DNA of 24,000 nt, taken from contig NZ_LT670846.1 in the NCBI RefSeq assembly GCF_900142435.1, positions 438,750 to 462,749 of the forward strand, written 5' to 3'. Below, piece by piece: positions 7,438 through 16,088 of this stretch (position 1 is its first letter; each line of letters starts with the position of its first letter). Made by a program: the position numbers and the translations under genes. Source of the DNA: Thermocrinis minervae. GTDB taxonomy: Bacteria; Aquificota; Aquificia; Aquificales; Aquificaceae. Below the pieces are notes generated by a model. That model did no database searches, had not been told where the DNA came from, and saw only the letters and a program-made list of their open reading frames with translations.

Positions 7438-8595
7438 ATGCCCATAAGGTTCTTTACAGCTGGGGAATCCCACGGAAGGGGTGTTTTCTGCTTTTTGGAG
7501 GGTATTCCTGCAAACCTTGATATATCATCCGAGTACATAAACAGAGAGCTGGAGAGGAGGCAGAGGGGTTATGGAAGGGGTGGGAGGATGGCCATAGAGA
7601 GGGACAGGGTGGAGTTTCTCGCAGGCGTACGCTTTGGCAGGACCCTTGGGAGTCCCATCTGTATGGCCGTTTGGAACAAGGATTGGGAAAACTGGAAGGA
7701 GAAGATGGCTCCGGAGGGAGAAGTTCCAGATTCTGTGGTTCCTTTTACAAGACCAAGACCAGGACATGCAGACCTTTCGGGTGGTATAAAGTACAACCAG
7801 AGAGATCTAAGGAACATACTGGAGAGAGCTTCAGCAAGAGAGACGGTGGGTAGAGTTCTTGCTGGTGCTGTGTGCAAGAGGTTTTTGGAAGAGTTTGGTA
7901 TAAGAATAGGTAGCTACGTGATCAGTATAGGTAGGCTATCGCCTGATATAAAAGAGGAGGATCTGTTAAAGAGACATGAGCTTGCAGAAAGCTCTCAGGT
8001 ACGCTTTCCAGATCCAAGAATGGACGATGAGTTTATAAAGCTCATAGATGAAGCAAAGGAAAAGGGTGAAAGCCTGGGGGGTGTTTTTGAAGTCTTTGCC
8101 GTGGGGGTCCCTCCAGGCCTTGGGAGTCATGTCCAATGGGACAAGCGCATAGATGGAAGGATAGCCCAGGCTATGATGAGCATACAGGCCATAAAAGGGG
8201 TGGAGATAGGGCTGGGTTTTGAAAGCGCAAGGAGGTTTGGTTCTGAGGTACACGATGAAATAGGTTGGAACGAGGGATACTTTAGGTACTCCAATAACCT
8301 GGGTGGTACGGAAGGGGGTATAACCAACGGCATGCCTATAATAGTGAGGTGTGCCATGAAACCCATACCCACTCTTACAAAGCCTTTAAGAAGCGTGGAC
8401 ATAAACACAAAGCAGGAGGTCAGGGCTGGTAAGGAGAGGAGCGATGTGGTTGCTGTACCAGCCGCCTCTATAGTAGGGGAGGCCATGCTTGCCATAATCT
8501 TAGCAGATGCTCTCCTTGAAAAACTAGGTGGTGATTTTATGGAAGAGATAAAGGAAAGGTATCAAAGGTACTTAGAGTATGTTAAAAATTTTTGA
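7438..8595 (+). CDS. aroC: chorismate synthase
   Basis: 385 aa. N-terminal [33 protein letters not shown] and SARETVGRV motifs. Confidence 0.95.
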   Translation: MPIRFFTAGESHGRGVFCFLEGIPANLDISSEYINRELERRQRGYGRGGRMAIERDRVEFLAGVRFGRTLGSPICMAVWNKDWENWKEKMAPEGEVPDSVVPFTRPRPGHADLSGGIKYNQRDLRNILERASARETVGRVLAGAVCKRFLEEFGIRIGSYVISIGRLSPDIKEEDLLKRHELAESSQVRFPDPRMDDEFIKLIDEAKEKGESLGGVFEVFAVGVPPGLGSHVQWDKRIDGRIAQAMMSIQAIKGVEIGLGFESARRFGSEVHDEIGWNEGYFRYSNNLGGTEGGITNGMPIIVRCAMKPIPTLTKPLRSVDINTKQEVRAGKERSDVVAVPAASIVGEAMLAIILADALLEKLGGDFMEEIKERYQRYLEYVKNF

Positions 8596-9316
8596 GGAGG
8601 TTGGTAAGGCCACTCTTTTGACCCTATGGGGTATCTACTTTATGTTCACAAAGCCTCCCAAGCTGAGACATTTTATAAAGCAGCTTGCCTATTTGGGGGC
8701 CGAAACGGTACCTGTGGTCATCATAACTTCCATATTCTCGGGGGGCGTTATAGCTCTCCAGACTTACAGCACTTTTCATAGGTTCAACGCCGAATTCTTG
8801 ATAGGTGCTGTGGTAGCCATATCCATGGGTAGGGAACTCGGCCCTGTGCTTTCCTCCCTCATGGTGGTGGCAAGGGTAGGCTCGGCCATGACGGCCAACA
8901 TAGGAACCATGAGGATAACGGAACAGATTGATGCCCTTGAAGTCATGGGCATAAACTCCATAAGCTATTTGGTAAGCCCTAGAATCTTTGCAGGCGTTGT
9001 AGGTGTACCCATGCTAGTCGTTCTCTCGGATCTAGCTGGTATATTTGGAGGATGGTTCGTGGCTGTAAAGCTTTTCCACGTAAACGAGTACCTCTTTTGG
9101 CAGAAGATGGTAGATCTCGCAGAACTAAAAGATTTTATAGGTGGCCTTTACAAAGCTTTCTTCTTTGGCCTGCTCATATCCTCCGTGAGCTGTTACTTTG
9201 GCTACTACACAGAAGGTGGAACAGAAGGCGTGGGGAGGGCTACTACAAACAGTGTGGTAGTCTCTTCTATGCTCATACTCATATCCGACTACTTCCTGAC
9301 GGCTATAATATGGTGA
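8579..9316 (+). CDS. mlaE: MlaE/YrbE-family ABC transporter permease (lipid asymmetry maintenance type)
   Basis: [55 protein letters not shown] matches the MlaE core motif. 245 aa, multi-TM. Confidence 0.85.
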   Translation: MLKIFEEVGKATLLTLWGIYFMFTKPPKLRHFIKQLAYLGAETVPVVIITSIFSGGVIALQTYSTFHRFNAEFLIGAVVAISMGRELGPVLSSLMVVARVGSAMTANIGTMRITEQIDALEVMGINSISYLVSPRIFAGVVGVPMLVVLSDLAGIFGGWFVAVKLFHVNEYLFWQKMVDLAELKDFIGGLYKAFFFGLLISSVSCYFGYYTEGGTEGVGRATTNSVVVSSMLILISDYFLTAIIW

Positions 9317-9849
9317 ACTTGGAAACAAACACTGTTAACGTTTGGCTATTCTATCTGATAAATCATACAAGGCATCCACTGCTTGATGGCTTCTTCTCCT
9401 GGTTCTACATCTTTGGGAAGGGTTGGGTGCTCATACCTGCCTTTATGGCAGTCTTGGTTTTTTACAGGGAATGTACAAAGACCTTTTTACTTTCTGCAGC
9501 CATCATGGAGCTTCTGGTGGGCACCCTTAAGTACATCCTGGACCAGAAGAGACCTCTGTCTTTGCTTAACGATGTCTACACTCTTTCGGAAAGACTCTAC
9601 CATCATTCCTTTCCTTCTGGTGATACTGCTACGGCCTTTCTCGTGCTGGCTTTCTTCTACGGTAGGGTTAACAGGTACATAAGGCTTCTTCTACTTGCTT
9701 ATGCCCTACTTATAGCCTATGGGAGGGTGTACTCGGGTGTGCACTTCCCCATTGATGTGTTTGTAGGTGCCCTTATTGGCATATTTTCTTACTTGCTTTC
9801 CAGGAAGCTTATTTTAAGGAGCTCTTCTGCCAACCTTCTGTCTTTGTGA
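9310..9849 (+). CDS. PAP2-family lipid phosphatase (undecaprenyl-diphosphatase / PgpB-like)
   Basis: PAP2 motifs KxxxxxxRP (KYILDQKRP), SFPSGDT and RVYSGVHFPIDV. Start taken at ATG 9310 (ATGGTGA overlap with the mlaE stop). The 5' part of the 265-aa ORF overlaps mlaE out of frame. Confidence 0.8.
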   Translation: MVNLETNTVNVWLFYLINHTRHPLLDGFFSWFYIFGKGWVLIPAFMAVLVFYRECTKTFLLSAAIMELLVGTLKYILDQKRPLSLLNDVYTLSERLYHHSFPSGDTATAFLVLAFFYGRVNRYIRLLLLAYALLIAYGRVYSGVHFPIDVFVGALIGIFSYLLSRKLILRSSSANLLSL

Positions 9850-10583
9850 TAGATCTCTAAGGCTTTTATCTTTGCTTGGCTGCTTGATCCCTTTGGAAGA
9901 TTCCTTTCCTTTAGCCATCTTAAAAGACTCTCCCTCGCGAATATGCTAGCGCTTGCCACTTCTGGATAATGCCTTTCAGCATCAGGTTCAAAGATAACAC
10001 CTCCATCAAAGGGAGATCTTAGTCTATAACCATCTATCACTATAGTGTGCTCCTTGTCTTTAAGGAGCTCCTTGATACTACTTATGAGTTTCCTGTAGGT
10101 GATGGTCATAAGGGTGTTTAGGTTCCTATGTTCCCTGTAGAGCCTGTTGAACTCCTTGGGTTCTAAGACCTCTGTAAACACATCCACCACGGGCCTTAAA
10201 AGTTCAGCTTTTCTAAAGACTTCCTCTTCCTTTATGTCCTTAGAGTCCTTTGGTGAAAGCTCCCAAAGCCTTTTGTAGTTCTCAGGCTTTACCAATACGC
10301 AGCTAAAGACTATGGGTCCAAAGAAGTCCCCTTTACCAGATTCGTCGCATCCGACCCTGTATACCTTCTCTTCCGGTAGACTACCGAGTATAAACTCCTT
10401 AAGTCCCTGTGGATCCTTTCCCTGTATGAGGAGGATTCCAGAAGGATAGAGGTGTACATACTGTCCCTTCTTCTCAAGAGCCCAAAGGGTGTAATCCTTC
10501 CGTATGGGTGTAAAGCCATGGCTTATGAGGAGGTCCTTGACTGTTTCCCAGTAGTGTACGGGAAGCTTAAGGGTGATATTCAT
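9789..10583 (-). CDS. rnhC: ribonuclease HIII
   Basis: GCDESGKGDFFGPIV is the RNase HIII-type catalytic motif (DESGKGDxFGP). An ~80-aa N-terminal substrate-binding domain precedes the RNase H fold. 264 aa. Confidence 0.8.
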   Translation of the reverse strand: MNITLKLPVHYWETVKDLLISHGFTPIRKDYTLWALEKKGQYVHLYPSGILLIQGKDPQGLKEFILGSLPEEKVYRVGCDESGKGDFFGPIVFSCVLVKPENYKRLWELSPKDSKDIKEEEVFRKAELLRPVVDVFTEVLEPKEFNRLYREHRNLNTLMTITYRKLISSIKELLKDKEHTIVIDGYRLRSPFDGGVIFEPDAERHYPEVASASIFARESLLRWLKERNLPKGSSSQAKIKALEIYHKDRRLAEELLKISFLESK

Positions 10584-11331
10584 GGTAAAGCCTTATTATC
10601 TCTTCTAAGCTTAGTTCTTCCGTGCGCCTTTTGGGGTCTATGCCTGCCCTTTCAAGGATGGATACATCGAGCTTGTTCTTTAGCATCTTCCTTCCCTGGG
10701 AGTAGAGCTTTAGGAGAAAACCCTTGTAGTCCTCAAGATCTTCTATCTTTGCCTTTTCTTCTCTTGTCAGCCTTATGAGGGCAGAGGTCACTTTTGGTGG
10801 TGGAACGAAGAATTTGGGGGGTACACTCATGAGATACTCTATGCGGTAAAAAGTCTGGATAAAGCTACCCAGCCAAGAAGGACCCTCTATGAGCTTTTGG
10901 GCCACTTCTTTCTGTACCATAAAGAGACCAAAGTTTATACACTCTTTACAGAAAACTATCCTTTCAAGTATGAGGCTCGCCACGTTGTAGGGGAGGTTTC
11001 CCAAGACTTTAAGGTCCTTACCTAGAAGGCAAAAGTCAAAGCTTGTGGCATCTGCATGGTGTATGTGTAGCCTTGGGTCTTGTAACTGCTTTAACTTCTC
11101 TACCATCTGCTTGTCTATCTCCACAAGGTGTAGCTCAGAAAGAGGAGTTTCAAGTAGTGCTTTTGTGAGGTTTCCTGTACCTGGACCTATCTCAACAACC
11201 TTATCCCCTGCCTCTATCTGGGCATACTCCACTATTTTCTTTATGACTCCTCCCGATACCAAAAGATGCTGACCTAGGTGCTTTTTTAACCTTACAGGCT
11301 CACCGAAGGGCATATATCTACTAGCGGACAC
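10567..11331 (-). CDS. rsmA: 16S rRNA (adenine1518/1519-N6)-dimethyltransferase
   Basis: LGQHLLVSGGVIKKIV, SAM motif VVEIGPGTGNLT, GNLPYNVAS. Alternative start is Met7 (11313). Confidence 0.92.
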   Translation of the reverse strand: MSASRYMPFGEPVRLKKHLGQHLLVSGGVIKKIVEYAQIEAGDKVVEIGPGTGNLTKALLETPLSELHLVEIDKQMVEKLKQLQDPRLHIHHADATSFDFCLLGKDLKVLGNLPYNVASLILERIVFCKECINFGLFMVQKEVAQKLIEGPSWLGSFIQTFYRIEYLMSVPPKFFVPPPKVTSALIRLTREEKAKIEDLEDYKGFLLKLYSQGRKMLKNKLDVSILERAGIDPKRRTEELSLEEIIRLYHEYHP

Positions 11332-11921
11332 TTAGAATGTTTGGGATTCTGAGCTGTGCAAACGTACCTACCTAGGAGTATGACCAAGTTGGAGAATTTA
11401 CCCCACTCTTCCTTGGGAACTATCCGCATAAGGTCCTGCTCTATCTTCTCTGGGTCCTTCTCCTTGGTAAGGCCTAGCCTTTGGGCTACCCTAGCCACGT
11501 GGGTGTCAACTGCTATGCCCTCTTGGATACCAAAAGCATTGTAAAGTATTATGTTTGCACTCTTCCTTCCTATGCCAGGTAGCTTTGTAAGCTCCTCTAT
11601 ACTTCTTGGTACCTCTCCGCCGTACTTCTCTACCAAAATCTGGGCGATCTTCTTCAGGTATACAGCCTTCTTCCTGTAGTAGTTTATGCTCCTTATGTAG
11701 CTCTCTATTTCAGATATGTCGGCTTCTACTATGTCCTTTGGGCTTTTAAACCTTTTGAAAAATTCCTTAGTGACCTCGTTCACCTTCTTGTCTGTAGTCT
11801 GGGCAGCCAACACTACGGCTACAAGTAATTCAAAGGGATTGGAAAACTCAAGCTCAAGCTTGTTAGGAAAAACCTTCTCAAGCCTTCTTATGGTTTCTTT
11901 GGCTAGCTCTTCTTTGGTCAT
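11292..11921 (-). CDS. nth: endonuclease III (DNA glycosylase/AP lyase)
   Basis: HhH-GPD motif LTKLPGIGRKSANIILYNAFG, catalytic VDTHVARV, and a C-terminal Cys cluster CTAQNPKHSKCPLVDIC. Confidence 0.92.
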   Translation of the reverse strand: MTKEELAKETIRRLEKVFPNKLELEFSNPFELLVAVVLAAQTTDKKVNEVTKEFFKRFKSPKDIVEADISEIESYIRSINYYRKKAVYLKKIAQILVEKYGGEVPRSIEELTKLPGIGRKSANIILYNAFGIQEGIAVDTHVARVAQRLGLTKEKDPEKIEQDLMRIVPKEEWGKFSNLVILLGRYVCTAQNPKHSKCPLVDICPSVSL

Positions 11922-11981
11922 TCAAACACCCTATACTGATTAAATTAAAATATTAACATACTAACAAACAAGAGGTGAAGG

Positions 11982-12560
11982 ATGTTGATATTCGTCCTTG
12001 ACACAAGCATCTTCACAAACCCAGACATTTACTCTCAGTTTGAAAAGGATCAGTTAGGGGCCATAGAGAACTTCTTGTCCCTTGCATACCATTCGGATGC
12101 CAAGTTTTACATGCCTTCATCTGTCTACGAAGAAATGAGACATATGGTAGATCTCGGTGAGCTCAGTGCCAAGTTTGAGCTTACAGTACGCATAAGGTCT
12201 CCAAGAAGGTTCAACCTTATGGTTCCTGCCGAGTTTCTGTACGAGTTTATAGAGGAGATTCGCTACAGGATAAACAAGGGCCTTCGTATAGCAGAAGAAC
12301 ACACCAAGGAAGCTGGTAAGCTATCCGAAGAAGAGACGGGGAAGCTTATAAACAGACTAAGGGAAAAGTACAGAGAGGCTCTAAGGACTGGGATCATAGA
12401 CAGCAAAGAAGACCTTGATGTACTTCTGTTAGCTTACGAGCTCGATGGCATCTTAGTGTCTGGTGATGAAGGTCTTAGAAAGTGGGCAGATAGAGTAGGG
12501 ATCAAGCTCATAAACCCGAAGAACCTTAGGAATATACTGGAGAGCTTAATCAAACACTGA
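11982..12560 (+). CDS. PIN-like metallonuclease of the UPF0278 / 'RNA ligase partner' family = HARP, protein-only (RNA-free) RNase P, Aq_880 type
   Basis: 192 aa. N-terminal [11 protein letters not shown] (Asp7) and C-terminal acidic cluster [27 protein letters not shown] (D140, D144, D146, D155, D162). Size and Asp spacing match what I recall of A. aeolicus Aq_880. SD GAGGTGAAGG precedes the ATG. Confidence 0.7.
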   Translation: MLIFVLDTSIFTNPDIYSQFEKDQLGAIENFLSLAYHSDAKFYMPSSVYEEMRHMVDLGELSAKFELTVRIRSPRRFNLMVPAEFLYEFIEEIRYRINKGLRIAEEHTKEAGKLSEEETGKLINRLREKYREALRTGIIDSKEDLDVLLLAYELDGILVSGDEGLRKWADRVGIKLINPKNLRNILESLIKH

Positions 12561-13643
12561 GCCGCCCCTAAGGACGTGTCCCAGAAGGCCTGTCATGTTA
12601 AGGAACACCTTATCAAACTCAAGCACGTACATGTTTCCTTCTTGCCTTATGCCTCTCTCTATTATCTGTATGTGTGCCGAGCTGTGTTTTATCTGCTCTA
12701 AAAATATGAGTAAGTTTTCCTTGCTGTGGAACCTACATCTGAAGGTTCTGTAGACCTTTCCTTCTTCCCTTGATAGCTTGCAAGCTTGGAAGATACCTTC
12801 AAGGAAAGCCTTTCCCAGTTCTGTGTAGAGACTATCATCTTTCTCTAGACCTTCCTCTTCTATAAAGAGGGCAAGCCTTAAAAGCCTGTTGGTGTAGTAG
12901 TCGGCTGGAAGGCCCATTATGTTCAGGGATGTTATCCTTATATCGTTTAAGTTTGCGTACCTGGTTATGTACTTAACCCTTTTGTTCCTCTCCGAGTCTT
13001 CCTTGAAAACCACACCTTCCCTGCACTCTTGGTCTAATTTTCTTAGAAGGTCCTTTATCTTCTCTACCTGATCTACGGTAAACCTTCCGAAGACCTCCAC
13101 CGAAGGAAGCGAGTATTTTTCTATAAGCTCCAATTTCTCTCTCTGTGGTAAAAAGGTGCTCTCGTTTTTCCTCATTATGTCAAAGACGAAAAGTCTGACA
13201 TCTTCCTTCACGTAGGGAGGACTTTCTTCCACGTAAGGGTTTTCTGGGCCAGCCATCTCAGCACACAACACCAGGTCTGGATTATCTTCAAAGAACCTCT
13301 TGTCTATGAAATCAAGGACTCTGTCCGTGCTGAAGGCGCATATAAGACCGCTCCTGGTAAGGGCATATACCTCTCCCTTGTGGTAAAAGATCCTAAGGTT
13401 GTAACCGTCTACTTTTTCTTCAACCCAGAAGGGCTCTGTAAACTGCTCTCTGAGGCCTGTAGAAAGCTGGAATATCCTACCTATGTGAGGATAGCCAAAT
13501 ATGGTAAACTCCTGGAAGATAACCGTCCCCCGTGGGATGTTCTTGTAGTCATCGGTAAACCTAAGGTATTCTAAGTCTTTGAACTGTTCAGATTTGACCT
13601 TGCTTTTCTTTAGGGCCTCTTTTACCAAAGAAGCATCTAACAT
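12546..13643 (-). CDS. ATP-dependent RNA ligase, Pab1020 / Rnl3 family
   Basis: Nucleotidyltransferase motif [13 protein letters not shown] (KxDG), motif III LCAEMAG, motif IV RLFVFDI, motif V EGVVFKED. 365 aa. Confidence 0.8.
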   Translation of the reverse strand: MLDASLVKEALKKSKVKSEQFKDLEYLRFTDDYKNIPRGTVIFQEFTIFGYPHIGRIFQLSTGLREQFTEPFWVEEKVDGYNLRIFYHKGEVYALTRSGLICAFSTDRVLDFIDKRFFEDNPDLVLCAEMAGPENPYVEESPPYVKEDVRLFVFDIMRKNESTFLPQREKLELIEKYSLPSVEVFGRFTVDQVEKIKDLLRKLDQECREGVVFKEDSERNKRVKYITRYANLNDIRITSLNIMGLPADYYTNRLLRLALFIEEEGLEKDDSLYTELGKAFLEGIFQACKLSREEGKVYRTFRCRFHSKENLLIFLEQIKHSSAHIQIIERGIRQEGNMYVLEFDKVFLNMTGLLGHVLRGGSVFD

Positions 13644-13710
13644 CAGAATTAGTTAATTTTAAAGGTTTTAGACAACATGTCAAGGGCTTTGAAATATAAT
13701 TTCTTAAGCT

Positions 13711-14559
13711 ATGCATGTAAAAGCTCGTTTTTTAGATACGCGGAAGATACTAGAGGTTGAGAATGCACAGGACGTGAAGAAAGGGGACCTAGTGGTGGTC
13801 CTTTCAGATAGAGGGCAGGAACTCATACAGATCCTTGGTGTTTCTAAGGAAGAGTCACAGCTTAAAGCTCTTTTCCTTAGGAAGGCAGACGAAGAAGACT
13901 TAAGGATAGCCAAGGAAAACGAGAAGCTTGCCGAGGATGCCCTTGTTGTGTGCAAGGAAAAGGTCCAAGAGCTTGGCCTTGACATGAAGCCTATAAAGAC
14001 TTACATACCCTTAGATAGAAGCAAGTACTTCTTCTACTACCTGTCTGAAAAAAAGGTAGACTTTAGGGAGCTTGTTAGGGCATTGGCCCGTGTATTCAAG
14101 AAAAGAATAGAGATGAGGCAGGTGGGTGTAAGGGATGCTATCCAGATGATGGGATGGATAGGTCCATGTGGTGAAATGGCATGCTGCTACAGGTTTATAG
14201 AGAACTTTGAATCCATATCCCTAAGGGACATAGAGGAGCAAAACTTACCGCTGTCTCCTACAAAGTTTACAGGTCTGTGCGGTAGGCTTATGTGTTGCCT
14301 AGCCTTTGAAAGGGAAAACTACCTGGTGAAGAACATACTGCCAGAGGTAGGAAGTGAGATTTGTCTGAACGGTAAGGTTTATAAAATCCTCCACATAGAC
14401 CCTCCTCATGGTAAAAGTATCCTAGAACTTGATGGAAAGAGAATAGAGATTCCTTTGGAGAGCTTACTGCCCAACGATTACAAGGTAGCCATTGAAAACT
14501 GTAAGAGGTGTTCTTCCTGCTGCAGGAGAAACTTGAAGGAAGATGAAGTTGCTCTCTGA
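13711..14559 (+). CDS. ricT: PSP1-domain protein, RicT/YaaT homologue
   Basis: KVDFRELVRALARVFKKRIEMRQVGVRDAIQMMGWIGPCGEMACCYRF...LSPTKFTGLCGRLMCCLAFE is collinear with B. subtilis YaaT, including the Cys cluster. Confidence 0.85.
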   Translation: MHVKARFLDTRKILEVENAQDVKKGDLVVVLSDRGQELIQILGVSKEESQLKALFLRKADEEDLRIAKENEKLAEDALVVCKEKVQELGLDMKPIKTYIPLDRSKYFFYYLSEKKVDFRELVRALARVFKKRIEMRQVGVRDAIQMMGWIGPCGEMACCYRFIENFESISLRDIEEQNLPLSPTKFTGLCGRLMCCLAFERENYLVKNILPEVGSEICLNGKVYKILHIDPPHGKSILELDGKRIEIPLESLLPNDYKVAIENCKRCSSCCRRNLKEDEVAL

Positions 14560-15343
14560 ACGCAAAAGCCCCTTGAACAGAGTCTTTGTCTACCAACTTG
14601 AGGATGGTTACAGGGTGGAGTCTGTCTTTTACAGGGGGGATACCCTCTGTGTTTCTACACAGGTAGGTTGTGCTGTAGGTTGTCCCTTCTGCCTCTCAGG
14701 CAAGGATGGTCTTCTTAGGAACCTAAGCTCACGAGAGATATACCTACAGTATGCCCTCCTTAAGGATGCGCTGCCCATAAGAAGAATAGCTATAGCCGGT
14801 ATAGGCGAGCCGCTTATGAACATCAGGAACGTGGTTGAGGCCTTCTGGATGTTTAAGAAGGAGGGCCTTAAGGTATCCTTCTACACCTCAGGCCACCCTG
14901 TAAGGCACCTGCCCTATGTCCTTACACTGCCCCACAGTGGCCTTACCGTATCCCTTCATGCAGTTAGGGATGAGGTAAGGAGAAGGTTGCTGCCGCATGC
15001 AGGTAGTTTATCGGAACTCCTAAAGGCTCTAAGAGATTCTCTTTCAAGCGTGTCTAAGAAGAAGAGAAAGAAGGTCTCCCTTGGGTATCTACTTCTAAAA
15101 GGAGTGAACGACTCGGAGGAAGACCTTACTGAGCTTGCGAGATTGGCCAAGAGTCTGGATGTGTCTGTAACCCTTCTGTACTACAACAACACTGTAAGCG
15201 CCTTTGAGGAAACTGGTCAGGAAGAGTACGAAAGAGCATTCTTACTTTTGAGATCCATGGGTGTAAGGGTTACCCTTTCAACGCGCTTTAGGAAGGATCC
15301 TTTGGGCGGTTGTGGTACGTTAGTGGTTAACAGAACTCTTTAA
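14543..15343 (+). CDS. radical SAM enzyme of the RlmN/Cfr family lacking the N-terminal accessory domain
   Basis: CX3CX2C (VGCAVGCPFC) and TLCVSTQ (equivalent to RlmN Cys118). Also GIGEPLMNIRNV, SLHAVRDEVRRRLLP and a C-terminal GGCGTL (equivalent to AACGQL). Only 266 aa. Confidence 0.75.
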   Translation: MKLLSERKSPLNRVFVYQLEDGYRVESVFYRGDTLCVSTQVGCAVGCPFCLSGKDGLLRNLSSREIYLQYALLKDALPIRRIAIAGIGEPLMNIRNVVEAFWMFKKEGLKVSFYTSGHPVRHLPYVLTLPHSGLTVSLHAVRDEVRRRLLPHAGSLSELLKALRDSLSSVSKKKRKKVSLGYLLLKGVNDSEEDLTELARLAKSLDVSVTLLYYNNTVSAFEETGQEEYERAFLLLRSMGVRVTLSTRFRKDPLGGCGTLVVNRTL

Positions 15344-16011
15344 ACTTCCATTATGCTCACCTTCACGGCTGTCAGGTTATCGGCACCACCTCTATCTAAG
15401 GCTATACTAAGGAGGGTTTGAAGGTCCTTGTCTGTTTCATCCTCTATGTACTCCCAAAGACCGTCCGAGCATATCAAAAATCCTTCAAAACCTTCTGCGC
15501 GCTTTATGAACACTTCAAACTCCCTGTAGTTAGGATCACCTACGAGAGCTGACGTAAGGTAATAGGCTATCCTATGGTCCTGTGTCAGCAAGAAAAGCTT
15601 CCCATCCTTTATACCATAAACCCTACAATCACCTACATTGAAAGCGTAAAGGCCTTTACTGGATATAACCAAACCCGCTACGGCGCATCCAAGCCCAAGG
15701 GCGTGTGGATTCTCTAGGGCATATTCCTCCAGTTTATCCCTTGCAGCATGTAAACATTTGTTTATTTCTTCCTCGTCGGATGGTGAGCACCTTTTTAGCT
15801 CTTCCAGCACTATAAGGCTGGCTTTTTCTCCCTCTGGATGCCCTCCCATTCCATCGGCCACTGCAAACACAAAGTAGTTACCTTTTCTCTCTATGCAGAT
15901 GGGCTTTTCCATTAAATCCCTTTGGATTATCACATCGCTTAGCAAAAAGGCATCCTCGTTGAAAGCTCTAACGTTACCTATGTGCGTAATTCCGCAAGCT
16001 AAAACTCTCAT
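15340..16011 (-). CDS. PP2C-family Ser/Thr protein phosphatase
   Basis: GNVRAFNEDAF, AVADGMGGHPEGEKAS, LICSDGLWE, GGADNLTAVKV. 223 aa. Confidence 0.88.
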   Translation of the reverse strand: MRVLACGITHIGNVRAFNEDAFLLSDVIIQRDLMEKPICIERKGNYFVFAVADGMGGHPEGEKASLIVLEELKRCSPSDEEEINKCLHAARDKLEEYALENPHALGLGCAVAGLVISSKGLYAFNVGDCRVYGIKDGKLFLLTQDHRIAYYLTSALVGDPNYREFEVFIKRAEGFEGFLICSDGLWEYIEDETDKDLQTLLSIALDRGGADNLTAVKVSIMEV

Positions 16012-16035
16012 GTGTCATATAAGTATAAGGCTTTG

Positions 16036-16064
16036 TTGACAAGTCTTATGTGAGTCATTATATA
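16036..16064 (+). promoter_or_regulatory. sigma70-type promoter of the hemerythrin/membrane-protein operon
   Basis: TTGACA (16036-16041), exactly 17 nt, then TATATA (16059-16064). SD AAGGAGGTG follows, then the ATG at 16089. Confidence 0.5.
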
Positions 16065-16073
16065 CTTACATAA
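16046..16073. promoter_or_regulatory. 10-bp inverted repeat (9/10) with 8-bp spacer spanning the -10 element; candidate repressor operator
   Basis: TTATGTGAGT-cattatat-ACTTACATAA. The left arm lies upstream of the predicted transcription start, so it would act as DNA, not as an RNA hairpin. Confidence 0.4.
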
Positions 16074-16088
16074 AGGAGGTGTAGGAAT

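Noticed and set aside
9052-9309. 5' extension of the PAP2 ORF (265-aa version starting at 9052)
   Set aside because: It overlaps mlaE out of frame for 258 nt and encodes Arg/Trp-rich nonsense-like sequence. The PAP2 homology and hydrophobic profile begin at the ATG at 9310, which is coupled to the mlaE stop.
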